Positions 1 through 9,175 of a DNA stretch of 64,000 bases are shown one piece after another; within the stretch, counting starts at the first letter, position 1, and each line of letters opens with the position of its first letter. This DNA comes from a phage. The stretch lies in sequence record PX930851.1; one strand, written 5' to 3'. The translations under genes and the position numbers were made by a program. Under the pieces are notes generated by a model that saw nothing but the letters and a program-made list of their open reading frames with translations, ran no database searches and was not told the DNA's origin.

Positions 1-1487
1 GACCCATCAAACACTTCATCAAGAATTAATGTACTAATACTAACACCAGATACGATAGAAGCAATATCACGCCAAGTAAATAAAAGAGCAATATCAATTC
101 GTGCCTTTTCACCTTCACTAAATGAAGCATAACTAAAATCTTCACGACCACGGGATTTAATTGTCTCATTAAATTCTTCATCTAATGTAAACACATAATC
201 CGCTTCCATTATTTTAAGATAATGGTTAATCTGCTTATTAAATAATGGAATGTACTTTTTAATAATAGCACCTTTAATACCAGAATCTTTGAGCATATCA
301 GTCAAAATTCCTCGGTGGTATTTTTCCATTACTAAATTAGTTTTTGTCTTAACAATTTTATCAAGTTCTTCTTGAAGCAGTGCTATTTCATCAGCATGGT
401 CAATAAACTCAGAAGATGCTTTTTCTATAGCCGCTTTAACTTTTTTAGCTTTATCTACCGTCGTGATTAGAGATTGCTTTTTATTGCGAATATCATTTGC
501 CAACGACTGCTGGGTTTTAATATTATCTCGGTATTCATCAACAAGAACTTTTAAATTATCACGGTGTGTTGAAAGCTGTTCAAATGAATGCGTACATTCA
601 GAAACTTTATCTTTAATTTTAGAAACAACTTTATCACCGGAACTTAATTGTGACAAACAGGTTGGACATAATCCACCTTCATGATACATATTAATGACTT
701 TATTATACGAGTCAATTTTTGATTTAATTAAAAATGCTTCTTGACCGATTTTATTAAATGCATCAGTCGGGTCTTCATCTAAAACAATATTAACTAATCT
801 TTCATTAGCTTCTTCTATTTCCGATTTTAGCGTTCTAGCTTCTTTTGCCAAATCATCATACATATTCTGCAGACGAGTAAGGTTGTCACCAGACAATTTT
901 TTCTGGCGTTCAACGTTATCATTATATATTTTAATTTGTTGGATAATACTATCTTTTTTAACATCAAGCACTTGGTTCTGCGAATTTAATTCACGTATTA
1001 GTGCTTTATTAAGCTTATCCATTTCAGCTAATGTTCCTACCTCAAGCAGGTCTTCCACAAGCTTTCTTCGTGCAGGGGTCGACAAACCCATGAAAGGGGT
1101 ATACCCTGCTGTACCAAGGACAACAATCTGCTTGAAACTGGCATATGACATTCCGATAAGCTGTTCAAATTCTGCTTGGAAATCTTTACTGCTGGCAGAT
1201 TCATTAAGACGTGTACCGTTAACGGTGATTTCGAAAACGTTTGGTTTTTGTCCTCTTTTGATATAGTACTTTTTCTCATCATATTCCATCCACAGTTCAA
1301 CTAAAAGTTCTTTCTTATTTGTGCTGTTTATTAATTGACCTTTCTTTACATCACGAAATGGCTTACCAAAAAGCCCAAATGTGATGGCTTCTAGCATAGT
1401 AGACTTACCACCGCCATTTCGTCCAGTAATAAGAGTTTTTTGAACCTTATCTAATTGAATGTCAATAGGATTTCCACCTACTGACAT
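1..1487 (-). CDS. 46: gp46 recombination/repair nuclease ATPase subunit (SbcC/Rad50-like), C-terminus beyond window edge
   Basis: ATG at 1487; N-terminal Walker A GRNGGGKST; long coiled-coil region; runs off the window at position 1; sits beside an Mre11-like gene. Confidence 0.9.
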   Translation of the reverse strand, partial: MSVGGNPIDIQLDKVQKTLITGRNGGGKSTMLEAITFGLFGKPFRDVKKGQLINSTNKKELLVELWMEYDEKKYYIKRGQKPNVFEITVNGTRLNESASSKDFQAEFEQLIGMSYASFKQIVVLGTAGYTPFMGLSTPARRKLVEDLLEVGTLAEMDKLNKALIRELNSQNQVLDVKKDSIIQQIKIYNDNVERQKKLSGDNLTRLQNMYDDLAKEARTLKSEIEEANERLVNIVLDEDPTDAFNKIGQEAFLIKSKIDSYNKVINMYHEGGLCPTCLSQLSSGDKVVSKIKDKVSECTHSFEQLSTHRDNLKVLVDEYRDNIKTQQSLANDIRNKKQSLITTVDKAKKVKAAIEKASSEFIDHADEIALLQEELDKIVKTKTNLVMEKYHRGILTDMLKDSGIKGAIIKKYIPLFNKQINHYLKIMEADYVFTLDEEFNETIKSRGREDFSYASFSEGEKARIDIALLFTWRDIASIVSGVSISTLILDEVFDG

Positions 1488-1525
1488 TATATTTTGATAC
1501 CTAACTCGGTTTAGTTTAAAATTCT

Positions 1526-1789
1526 TCACAAAAGATTCCTTTTAATGTATCTTTTAGACCATTCTATCATATCATCATAATCTAAAAAGTATTCATCAAA
1601 TTCAGCCATGCAAACAACACCTTGTGCTGTTTTTGATGTAATATAAATTATTCCAACATATCTAGAATCTTCTTCGGTATAATCAATATTTGCTATGAAT
1701 TCATCATTAATGTCAAATGTCGAAAACTTCACAATATGCATCCTTAATACAAGATACAGCCATATCTCGTAATGATTTAGGTGTGTCAT
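1526..1789 (-). CDS. hypothetical small protein (46.1-like position); start uncertain, internal Met starts possible
   Basis: 87-aa ORF from track; overlaps upstream ORF by 77 nt so true start is probably downstream. Confidence 0.45.
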   Translation of the reverse strand: MTHLNHYEIWLYLVLRMHIVKFSTFDINDEFIANIDYTEEDSRYVGIIYITSKTAQGVVCMAEFDEYFLDYDDMIEWSKRYIKRNLL

Positions 1790-1976
1790 TATCTAAAATG
1801 TTGAAGTTAAAAGATACAGCCCAGTCAGTGCAGACCGTAACCTTTTTAATACAATTATCTTCAACCTCTAGCGGTTCAAACCAATATTCAATAATTTCTT
1901 TATGACCAATATCATCTTTTACTTCGCATTCAAAATGCTGACTCATCATAACATTTTTAAATTCATCAAAAGTCAT
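1713..1976 (-). CDS. hypothetical small acidic protein (46.2-like position)
   Basis: 87-aa ORF; start overlaps gp47 stop (ATGA-type coupling). Confidence 0.55.
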   Translation of the reverse strand: MTFDEFKNVMMSQHFECEVKDDIGHKEIIEYWFEPLEVEDNCIKKVTVCTDWAVSFNFNILDNDTPKSLRDMAVSCIKDAYCEVFDI

Positions 1977-2992
1977 TGTGTTGCCTCTACATATAACTGA
2001 TTTGCATATTGAATAAGTGCTTCGCGATCAGAATCAGTGATGTCTGGAATTGCATTAATGTATTCTTCCATCAACGTCTGAAGAGATTGAACTTCAACTT
2101 CTTCACTGTCATCTGACTCGACAGAGTTATCAATCTTTGACACAACTCGTAATGAATGCACAACTTTTTCTAGTTCAGATTCGAACTTCGTTAGATTTTT
2201 GTCTACTTCAGTTACTATAACACGTACTGATAGATTTGTAAAATCTTTATAGTCAATTTTTCCTTTAAATGGATAATGAATTCTACGATGCCAGGTAGTA
2301 TTGTTTGGAATAAATTCCATTCGTTCTGTTTCTGTATCAAACATCCAGAACCCACGAGGGTCATTCTCGTCACCTGCAGTTAGTGTCCATGGTGTCCCAA
2401 TATATCTGACGTTTGCAGCCTCAGAAATAGTATGGAAGTGACCAGACCACACTTCTTTATAAGTCTTAAGGAAATCAGGTTCAAGACCATGAGATTTCAT
2501 TCCTTTATAAAAATAAAATCCATTCAGTTCCCAGTGACCAACACAAAAAGAAGCAGATGAAGTTTTGATGTGTTCAAGAATTTCACCAGTATTTTCTTCA
2601 CACATCCAAGGAATTAAATCAATTAAACATCCGTCAAAATCTACTGTAGTAGGCTTATCATATACTTTAACATTAGGATATTTAGCCAAAAGCTCAGTAG
2701 AGGCATTTGGAGTTAAAGTATTTTTAAAGTGCATATCATGGTTTCCTACAATAGTATGTAGGGTAATACCAGCATCATCAAGCATTTGAACTATTTCACG
2801 AGCAAACTCCATAGTTTTATGCGTGATCGCTTTTCGCACATCAAAAATATCGCCGTATTGAATCCAGGTAGTAATTCCATTTTTCTTAGAATATTCTATT
2901 GCTTGTTTAATTCCATCCAACTGAATGGATTGAACCCACTCATCATCAGCTTTAACGCCTAAATGCCAATCACCTAAATTTAAAATTTTCAT
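1973..2992 (-). CDS. 47: gp47 Mre11/SbcD-like recombination nuclease
   Basis: 339 aa; phosphoesterase motifs LGDWHLG and VGNHDMH; paired with gp46. Confidence 0.93.
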   Translation of the reverse strand: MKILNLGDWHLGVKADDEWVQSIQLDGIKQAIEYSKKNGITTWIQYGDIFDVRKAITHKTMEFAREIVQMLDDAGITLHTIVGNHDMHFKNTLTPNASTELLAKYPNVKVYDKPTTVDFDGCLIDLIPWMCEENTGEILEHIKTSSASFCVGHWELNGFYFYKGMKSHGLEPDFLKTYKEVWSGHFHTISEAANVRYIGTPWTLTAGDENDPRGFWMFDTETERMEFIPNNTTWHRRIHYPFKGKIDYKDFTNLSVRVIVTEVDKNLTKFESELEKVVHSLRVVSKIDNSVESDDSEEVEVQSLQTLMEEYINAIPDITDSDREALIQYANQLYVEATQ

Positions 2993-3129
2993 ATATCAAG
3001 AACCGTCATTGAAATGCAAAATAAAATTATTGAAATAAATCCATCTGGAGTGCTAAAGAACCCAATCCAACATGCTCTAGTGAATAGATAAAATGCAAGA
3101 AAAAGTATCACATATCCAAGAAATATCAT
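2989..3129 (-). CDS. small hydrophobic protein, 46 aa (47.1-like position)
   Basis: ORF below track cutoff; MIFLGYVILFLAFYLF... single TM; stop overlaps gp47 ATG (ATGA). Confidence 0.4.
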   Translation of the reverse strand: MIFLGYVILFLAFYLFTRACWIGFFSTPDGFISIILFCISMTVLDI

Positions 3130-3144
3130 TATATCAAACTCCGT

Positions 3145-3167
3145 ATAAAGCTAAAGGGCCGAAGCCC
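3145..3167 (-). terminator. tetraloop hairpin terminator after a-gt
   Basis: GGGC-UUCG-GCCC on minus strand followed by U-rich tract. Confidence 0.5.
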
Positions 3168-3168
3168 T

Positions 3169-4371
3169 TTATTTTGTAATAATGTCAAACTGTTCTTTAA
3201 AGCAGAAGCTTGAATCTTGATGCTGATACAAAAATTCATAAGCTTTTTCACGTTCACGGTCATAAAGAGCTCGGTCAGATGACAGTTCTTTAATACGTTC
3301 AAATGTTGATTCCATGTCATTTTCATCAAACCAAACGATACCGCTATCATGAGAAATTAATGGAGTATTATCAACACGGAATTTTAAATTTTCGCCCGTA
3401 GATTTCCAAAATACCGGAATTGTTCCACATGCACCAAGCTCGAGATGAGTGTATTCTAAAGAACGTTGTAGATATTTTTTATCCAACTTACTCAACTGAT
3501 AACCAAAACCGGATTTACTCATACGTTCAAGCATTTCGCTATTTACATAACGGTCAAGAATTTGCGTTGGCAAATTAGGAGCAATTTTAATTTGGTCTAC
3601 TTGATGAAGACGATAATACTCATATGGAATTCCTTTTTCTTTAATAGGAATGAACGCAGGAGAACGTTCCAGACCTTCCATAATAGTACTTAGCCCAGCA
3701 GGTTTAAGATGTTTTTCGTGAAAATCAAACATCTGATAAAAACCTTTCCATGTAGTCGTACGACCAATCCAACGGTTGATATTCATGTTAATTTCAGAAA
3801 CATCTTTCCAGTAGGTTGATCGAACCTTCGCAATATCCATCGGAGGCTGAAAGTTATATACTGTCGGTGCTTCTTCAATATCATCAAACAGAGAAACAGT
3901 TTCTGGATACCACTCTTTCATCAGAACTTTATTAAAATCACCATTATCGGAATGGCTAAAAATAACATCAGCTCGACGAACAGTTTCTTCTAATCCCAAA
4001 TTTCGACGCAAAGAAAGAGAAGAATGGTCATGCTGATAAACTACAACACGAACCGAAGGTTTAATGTTATCAATAATTTTTTTATAGTTATTAATAGTGT
4101 CTTCTTCAACTGAAGTAGCAGGAACTGAATTGATAATTAGAATATCACAATCATTTACCAGCTTAAGTGTTTTATCATATTCTTTTGCCAATAAAACCGG
4201 AATTGAAAATGATTTATAATCATGCGCGCAATTACGAGTAAATGATTTATCTTTAGCATAAACCAAAGTTACTTCATGACCATTTTTAATAAACCAATCA
4301 CGTTGCTCAAGAGAAAATTTAGTTACACCGCAACCTTCAAGACCTCGAGCCATAAAAATACATACTTTCAT
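3169..4371 (-). CDS. a-gt: DNA alpha-glucosyltransferase
   Basis: 400 aa, same length as T4 alpha-GT; N-terminus M-x-ICIFMARGLEGCGVTKF recalled for T4 a-gt; synteny 47/a-gt/55. Confidence 0.88.
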   Translation of the reverse strand: MKVCIFMARGLEGCGVTKFSLEQRDWFIKNGHEVTLVYAKDKSFTRNCAHDYKSFSIPVLLAKEYDKTLKLVNDCDILIINSVPATSVEEDTINNYKKIIDNIKPSVRVVVYQHDHSSLSLRRNLGLEETVRRADVIFSHSDNGDFNKVLMKEWYPETVSLFDDIEEAPTVYNFQPPMDIAKVRSTYWKDVSEINMNINRWIGRTTTWKGFYQMFDFHEKHLKPAGLSTIMEGLERSPAFIPIKEKGIPYEYYRLHQVDQIKIAPNLPTQILDRYVNSEMLERMSKSGFGYQLSKLDKKYLQRSLEYTHLELGACGTIPVFWKSTGENLKFRVDNTPLISHDSGIVWFDENDMESTFERIKELSSDRALYDREREKAYEFLYQHQDSSFCFKEQFDIITK

Positions 4372-4395
4372 TTAATATCCTCTTTGTTTTGGTTT

Positions 4396-4419
4396 ATTTT
4401 ACCAAAAATTTATAAAGCA
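4396..4419 (-). promoter_or_regulatory. candidate MotA-dependent middle promoter upstream of a-gt
   Basis: MotA-box-like TGCTTTA, 11-nt spacer, -10 TAAAAT (minus strand). Confidence 0.45.
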
Positions 4420-4424
4420 ATATA

Positions 4425-4438
4425 GGAGCCGAAGCTCC
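4425..4438 (-). terminator. UUCG-tetraloop hairpin (terminator or RNA-stability element)
   Basis: GGAGC-UUCG-GCUCC; no clear U tract; second hairpin at 4461-4480. Confidence 0.3.
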
Positions 4439-4608
4439 TATCCGCATAATACACCGTATAGAGGCTCATTAGAGCCTCTAAATTTTATACGCTTATATGT
4501 TATAGTTCCTTCTGCTTTAGCTTTATCATGAGACTCTTTAAAGCGTCTCATCATTTCCTCTTTAGAGGAACGAATTTTATTATCTATTTCAGAAGTCTGG
4601 GTGTTCAT
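4438..4608 (-). CDS. possible small ORF, 56 aa; doubtful
   Basis: ATG at 4608 after upstream stop; reading frame passes through two hairpins, which argues against coding. Confidence 0.25.
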   Translation of the reverse strand: MNTQTSEIDNKIRSSKEEMMRRFKESHDKAKAEGTITYKRIKFRGSNEPLYGVLCG

Positions 4609-4611
4609 CTT

Positions 4612-4818
4612 TCATAACTGCCACCATTTTTTGACTTGATAAGAATCAACCCACACTTTCATATTAGGGTCTGCTCTTACAATAGGAGGATTAACTTCTT
4701 TAATTGAACTATCATGGTATTCTTTTTCAGAAATTTTCACACAAAGATGACCATTCAAAGATTCAGTAAATCCTGCATTAATTTTAAGACGCTTGAATTT
4801 TACGTGTGTAAGCATCAA
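4612..4818 (-). CDS. hypothetical protein, 68 aa
   Basis: ORF track; compact arrangement with neighbours. Confidence 0.45.
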   Translation of the reverse strand: MMLTHVKFKRLKINAGFTESLNGHLCVKISEKEYHDSSIKEVNPPIVRADPNMKVWVDSYQVKKWWQL

Positions 4819-5101
4819 TCATATCCTCAATCTGTGATCTAGTAGTCTTCCAAAGAATACTGATGAGTTCATCGTTATATGGCTGTTTTAGAATATCCCG
4901 ACTTTTCTTGATAGCATATTCGTATTGAGCAAAATTATTATTTTCAGCTGCGATCTGAGCGTGCTTATAAAGACGATTCAGTTCGCGTTTGTTTTTAGAC
5001 AATAACTTATTTGCTTTTCTTTCTGCTTCAAGACGGTTCTTTTCTTCAATAGAAGAAATAAGCTTTTCAACTTCATCATTAATTTCGGGTTTATCAGTCA
5101 T
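4784..5101 (-). CDS. hypothetical charged/coiled-coil protein, 105 aa
   Basis: ORF track; K/E-rich helical composition. Confidence 0.55.
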   Translation of the reverse strand: MTDKPEINDEVEKLISSIEEKNRLEAERKANKLLSKNKRELNRLYKHAQIAAENNNFAQYEYAIKKSRDILKQPYNDELISILWKTTRSQIEDMIDAYTRKIQAS

Positions 5102-5102
5102 A

Positions 5103-5321
5103 TTATTTCTCTAATATAAAATAAAAATCATCATCTGTTAAATGATACCTGTAATTTAATTCTACACCATTAGATTTAAAAGCGGTATCATACGGATTTT
5201 CTGGATCAATATCAATGTCAAGAGCTAAAACTTCCCTGAGATACATTTTAAGTAAATAGGGAATAGCTTCAACTTCAGGTATTTCTTCCAAGAATCCGGA
5301 GAGGTTAATCGTTAGCCTCAT
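5103..5321 (-). CDS. hypothetical protein, 72 aa
   Basis: ORF track; start overlaps gp55 stop region. Confidence 0.5.
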
Positions 5322-5862
5322 ATAAAAAATCCAAACTAGGAGAATCGTCTACAACACTTTTCTTTTCAGCCCCCGGTGTTCTATAGGTTGATTCTTCGTA
5401 ATGCGTCATTTTATCATAGATGTCTTGAATAAAAGTTTCATCTACTAACGCAACCATATCGTCGTCACGACTGTCATAGACATTGTGAACGAAGTAACTA
5501 TATTTCTTTGCAACTTCCTTACGTTCTTTTTTAATACGCTGGACGAATGCATTAAAACAAGCTTGAGTTATATATGCATGTGGGTTTTTATATTTCGTTT
5601 CATCAAAATTGTGAAGCCCCTTAATAGAAGCTTCTATACCATCTGCAATCATTTCTTGTTTCCAAGACTGGGTGTATCCTGAAAAGTTGAAACGCTTAGA
5701 TAAGCCTTCTGCAATAAGCATAATGGCTAATCCGATAGTATCATTCTGACGAACTACTTTATTTGGGTCTTTATTATTTGCTAATTCTGTTTTCCAATCA
5801 ATAATAGCTTGTAAAAGCTCTTTATTGTTTACGTAATTATATTTAGGCTTAGTTTCTGACAT
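5305..5862 (-). CDS. 55: gp55 late-transcription sigma factor
   Basis: 185 aa from second Met ([20 protein letters not shown]... as recalled for T4 gp55). Confidence 0.9.
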
Positions 5863-5940
5863 TTTCACCTCTTAGCTCAATTCATAGATCTATTATATCA
5901 TAATATTTGAAGATCCATCTTAAAGCATAGAGGATATCAG

Positions 5941-6210
5941 TTATCTAAGTAAACAGTATGCTTGGAATACTTTCTCCATCATCTTTTTAAATTCATGAAT
6001 ATCTATATAATGACTAGTTAGATCAGCATGATATAAAAAGTCTAAAAACTTTTCATGTGTACTAACATATTCGCTTTCATTTAATTCAGAAACATGGCTT
6101 TCCCAATATCCAACACCAGTCTTATTTGGGAAAAATGAAATTTTCATGTATTGGTCAACATAGAAAATGCCATAATTTTCAATAGTAATAGAAATATTAA
6201 TAAATTTCAT
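5941..6210 (-). CDS. hypothetical protein, 89 aa
   Basis: ORF track; tight packing. Confidence 0.5.
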   Translation of the reverse strand: MKFINISITIENYGIFYVDQYMKISFFPNKTGVGYWESHVSELNESEYVSTHEKFLDFLYHADLTSHYIDIHEFKKMMEKVFQAYCLLR

Positions 6211-6422
6211 ACATTCATCAACTTAGCCGCTCCAAGAGCTGCATCTAGTGAATCAAATTGGTCAACGTATTCAATCAATTCGCCGTAATTGGCATATAAC
6301 CACCATTGGCTAAATTCATACTCAAGGATGAATCCGTTTCCTTCAATTTGAGTTAAACCATTGCCGTTTGTATTTACTTCATATCCGGCAAGACGCAAAT
6401 CGTTAATAAGAGCTTCGTTCAT
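6207..6422 (-). CDS. hypothetical protein, 71 aa
   Basis: ORF track; 4-nt overlap with neighbour. Confidence 0.5.
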   Translation of the reverse strand: MNEALINDLRLAGYEVNTNGNGLTQIEGNGFILEYEFSQWWLYANYGELIEYVDQFDSLDAALGAAKLMNV

Positions 6423-6424
6423 AA

Positions 6425-6751
6425 TTATACCTTAGTAATTTTCAGGTCTGCAAATTTTTTCTTGCGTTGATTTTTCATGCGACGAATAGTTTTATCGGAA
6501 ATTTCATGCTTTTGATAAGCTTTAGATTCTACACCAAAAGCTTTAACATCAAATTCTGACAAGATATATTGAACCAACAATTCACGGACAGTATTGCGTC
6601 CAATCTTCTGATCATTCTGTTTCATCGTTTGATGAAGCTCTTTTTCCCATTTATCCAAACTTTGAGGAGTTACAATATCGCCTTTTTCTAGCAAAGAAAC
6701 TACTTTATCATATGCGTAAGAATTGATGGCGTTTTTAATTTGAATAGTCAT
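6425..6751 (-). CDS. hypothetical protein, 108 aa
   Basis: ORF track. Confidence 0.55.
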   Translation of the reverse strand: MTIQIKNAINSYAYDKVVSLLEKGDIVTPQSLDKWEKELHQTMKQNDQKIGRNTVRELLVQYILSEFDVKAFGVESKAYQKHEISDKTIRRMKNQRKKKFADLKITKV

Positions 6752-6780
6752 ACATTATCCTCAATTGCGTTAAAATTTTA

Positions 6781-6803
6781 TTATCCAAAAAGGGCCGAAG
6801 CCC
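6781..6803 (-). terminator. intrinsic terminator
   Basis: GGGC-UUCG-GCCC followed by UUUUUGG. Confidence 0.65.
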
Positions 6804-7004
6804 TTAGCTAAACTTTTTGGCACCCTTCCAGCCTTCGTACATCATTGCGGCTGATATTAATATTGCTCCTGAGCAACTTGAATATTTGTGATTCCAAAAC
6901 CAGTTTAGAAAAACTTCGTCATCAATACCTTGGGCTATCATATTTTCAAAGAACTGACGACGAGCTTCGGCAATTCGCTGCGATAATTTAGATTCAGGAT
7001 TCAT
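6804..7004 (-). CDS. hypothetical protein, 66 aa
   Basis: ORF track; followed by hairpin terminator. Confidence 0.45.
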   Translation of the reverse strand: MNPESKLSQRIAEARRQFFENMIAQGIDDEVFLNWFWNHKYSSCSGAILISAAMMYEGWKGAKKFS

Positions 7005-7143
7005 TTAAATTTTCCAGTTACCGTTTTCATCAATAAATTCAATCCAGTCATTTACTGACCACTTAGTTGTATCACCTTTTGGAGTAACATTTAAAGTGTA
7101 TAACCCCTGCTTAAAAAGCATTCGTTTGATATTCATATTTTCC

Positions 7144-7437
7144 TCAGCTGTAACGATAACACTCGTTTGATTTACGTTTAGCAACTCGTTGAGATGTATT
7201 ATAATCTAATTCATCGTCGATGTAAACATCTTTTTTCAACTTTCTCACTTCATTACGTAATTGACGATTTAATTCATTCTTAACCTCTGAATCAACACCT
7301 CGCATACGTCGCCATTTATCTGAACGAAAAATGTTTTCAACCATATCTTTATGACTTACACCATCAGGAGCTTTACGCTTTCCGAAATAGTCATAATCAC
7401 GTACTTTTAAATCTTTACGACGATACGTTTTACCCAT
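7144..7437 (-). CDS. hypothetical basic protein, 97 aa
   Basis: start moved to ATG 7437 (MGKTYRR...), overlapping upstream stop as ATGGGTAA. Confidence 0.5.
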   Translation of the reverse strand: MGKTYRRKDLKVRDYDYFGKRKAPDGVSHKDMVENIFRSDKWRRMRGVDSEVKNELNRQLRNEVRKLKKDVYIDDELDYNTSQRVAKRKSNECYRYS

Positions 7438-7606
7438 GGAGTTTAATTTCCTTAGCAACTGAACTAAATACAGCACGATCGCAAATCATCTGTTTATTCC
7501 ATTTAAGTACAGTATAATGAACATCTAGATCATCTACTGCTGTAACAATAACAATATGTCCGTTAACACGATAATACTGATCTCTTTTAATCTCTTTATC
7601 AACCAT
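7430..7606 (-). CDS. small ORF, 58 aa
   Basis: ATG 7606 lies ~30 nt downstream of early promoter 7637-7666. Confidence 0.4.
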   Translation of the reverse strand: MVDKEIKRDQYYRVNGHIVIVTAVDDLDVHYTVLKWNKQMICDRAVFSSVAKEIKLHG

Positions 7607-7636
7607 ATCAAATCCTCAAAGGCAATTCATATGTTA

Positions 7637-7666
7637 ATAATACCACAGTTTGAACTTCTTGTAAAC
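7637..7666 (-). promoter_or_regulatory. sigma70-type phage early promoter
   Basis: -35 GTTTAC, 18-nt spacer, extended -10 TGTGGTATTAT (minus strand); A/T-rich UP region AAAATTTTCACAAA. Confidence 0.6.
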
Positions 7667-7734
7667 AACTTTGTGAAAATTATTTTAGGGAATGATAAGA
7701 AGGGAACGATAGCTTAGAATGGTAATATACAGAA

Positions 7735-7760
7735 TGTGAGAAAGAAAGGCCCAGAGGGCC
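7735..7760 (-). terminator. intrinsic terminator
   Basis: GGCCC-UCU-GGGCC followed by U-rich tract. Confidence 0.55.
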
Positions 7761-7764
7761 CGTC

Positions 7765-8088
7765 TTAATCTTCTATGATATCTCTATCATATCCAAGTGA
7801 AATGAGAGTTTCTTTGAAGTGTTTAATGTTCTTTTGTCTAGAATCATTAATGAAAATGACTGGATAACGAATGTTAAGAGATGTGAATCCGGCACGTTTG
7901 GCAAGAGATACAATCAGTGGACGATCATACTCAATCTTACCATTATTTGTAAGAACTTTATAGAAAGTAAAAGGAGCATTGAGCTCCTTTAGAAGTTTTG
8001 TAACTGATTGACATCCAGGACAACGACCTACTTCATCTGGAATTCCATAGACTTCAATCTTATTCTTTAAGTTCGAGTTTTGTTCCAC
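7765..8088 (-). CDS. nrdH: glutaredoxin-like protein (NrdH-like redoxin); start codon uncertain (GTG 8088 or ATG 8187)
   Basis: KIEVYG strand followed by CPGC active site; no in-frame ATG just upstream of the fold; adjacent to nrdG/nrdD. Confidence 0.65.
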   Translation of the reverse strand: MEQNSNLKNKIEVYGIPDEVGRCPGCQSVTKLLKELNAPFTFYKVLTNNGKIEYDRPLIVSLAKRAGFTSLNIRYPVIFINDSRQKNIKHFKETLISLGYDRDIIED

Positions 8089-8371
8089 GAGAAATAATTC
8101 CTTGGTAAGCCCAATAAGGAGGATTAACAGAATCCTCACCAGAGTTTTCTTCAGGAAAATAAACCTGGATAACGAAGCCGGATTCATCAAAGGTGAAATA
8201 AGTAGTAGGCAGTTCACCTAACAAATCGGCACGAGCGTTGATTTCTTCGAGGTCTTGTTCACGTCCAGCCCAGAAGCTTGGGTTCAGACTACATTCATAG
8301 AAATAATAGTCATTACCGAACATATCAAAACCATTCCAACTCTCTACTACATACCGCTCAAAACTAATCAT
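8060..8371 (-). CDS. hypothetical protein, 103 aa
   Basis: ORF track; ATG at 8371. Confidence 0.5.
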   Translation of the reverse strand: MISFERYVVESWNGFDMFGNDYYFYECSLNPSFWAGREQDLEEINARADLLGELPTTYFTFDESGFVIQVYFPEENSGEDSVNPPYWAYQGIISRGTKLELKE

Positions 8372-8373
8372 AA

Positions 8374-8589
8374 TTAAGCCTTTTTATCAAGAACAGCATT
8401 CAGCTTGTTAGTAATTTTATCCAGACGCTCATTGAACTCACTAGAAGATAAGCCCTTTTCTGGAGAAATTAAACTAATAACGAAAAATACAACAATAAAA
8501 GGAATAAGAAAAATAGCTCCAACTGCCATAAACAGAAAGAATGTTACAGTTGTAAGAAAATCAGCTAAACCTTTACGAAATTTATACAT
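8374..8589 (-). CDS. small membrane protein, 71 aa
   Basis: one long hydrophobic segment FLFMAVGAIFLIPFIVVFFVISLI. Confidence 0.5.
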   Translation of the reverse strand: MYKFRKGLADFLTTVTFFLFMAVGAIFLIPFIVVFFVISLISPEKGLSSSEFNERLDKITNKLNAVLDKKA

Positions 8590-8704
8590 ATTTTACCCTT
8601 AATTGATTAACCAAGCATTGATAAGCACTAAACTATATTGCGAATAAAATTCTGGACCAAAATGAAAAATCATATCATTTATAGTATCCATAATGTAATT
8701 CAAT

Positions 8705-9175
8705 TTAATCATGTTTCCACACCCCATCGGTATTTGACCAAAGTCGCTGATTATCTGATCCTCGCCACAGCTTTTTAGTCGGAAGATTTTTCTCATACTT
8801 CCCATCAATAATAACATCAACATATTTAAGCATTTCTAGTTGTTTAATATCTTCAAACTTATATCCTGTCCACAACCAAATGCTTTTATTGGGATAAAGA
8901 TTTTTTACTGTTTGAACAATGCAATGAATAACATCTCGGTTATCAGGATAGAGAGGGTCTCCTCCAGTTATAGTTAATCCTTCTATATAATCATTATTCA
9001 AACATTCAATTAATTGTTCCAGCGTTTCACCAGTGAATGGAACACCGTTTCTAGCATTCCATGTTGATTTATTATAACACCCTTCGCATTTATGCAAACA
9101 ACCTGTAACGAAAAGAACGACCCTGCATCCAGGGCCATTCACAAAATCACAAGGATAAAATCTATCATAATTCAT
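8705..9175 (-). CDS. nrdG: anaerobic ribonucleotide reductase activating protein (radical SAM)
   Basis: 156 aa; CxxxCxxC cluster motif (GCLHKCEGC); immediately downstream of nrdD. Confidence 0.9.
   Translation of the reverse strand: MNYDRFYPCDFVNGPGCRVVLFVTGCLHKCEGCYNKSTWNARNGVPFTGETLEQLIECLNNDYIEGLTITGGDPLYPDNRDVIHCIVQTVKNLYPNKSIWLWTGYKFEDIKQLEMLKYVDVIIDGKYEKNLPTKKLWRGSDNQRLWSNTDGVWKHD

Noticed and set aside
463-1266. Plus-strand ORFs (463-684, 883-1266) inside gene 46
   Set aside because: Antisense to a strongly supported minus-strand gene with a Walker A motif; no RBS or promoter context. The same applies to other plus-strand track ORFs across 1-43200 (e.g. 1717-1905, 2565-2789, 5485-5682, 9175-9399, 10025-10240, 15451-15873, 34847-35116).
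3129-3350. 73-aa minus-strand ORF overlapping the 3' end of a-gt
   Set aside because: Out-of-frame overlap with the conserved glucosyltransferase; the shorter 2989-3129 ORF in the gap is the better candidate.
5900-5927. MotA-box-like TGCTTTA upstream of gene 55
   Set aside because: Spacer to the nearest -10-like hexamer is ~15 nt, longer than the usual 11-13; not called.
8599-8823. 74-aa minus-strand ORF overlapping nrdG
   Set aside because: Overlaps the radical-SAM activase in another frame; no independent signals.
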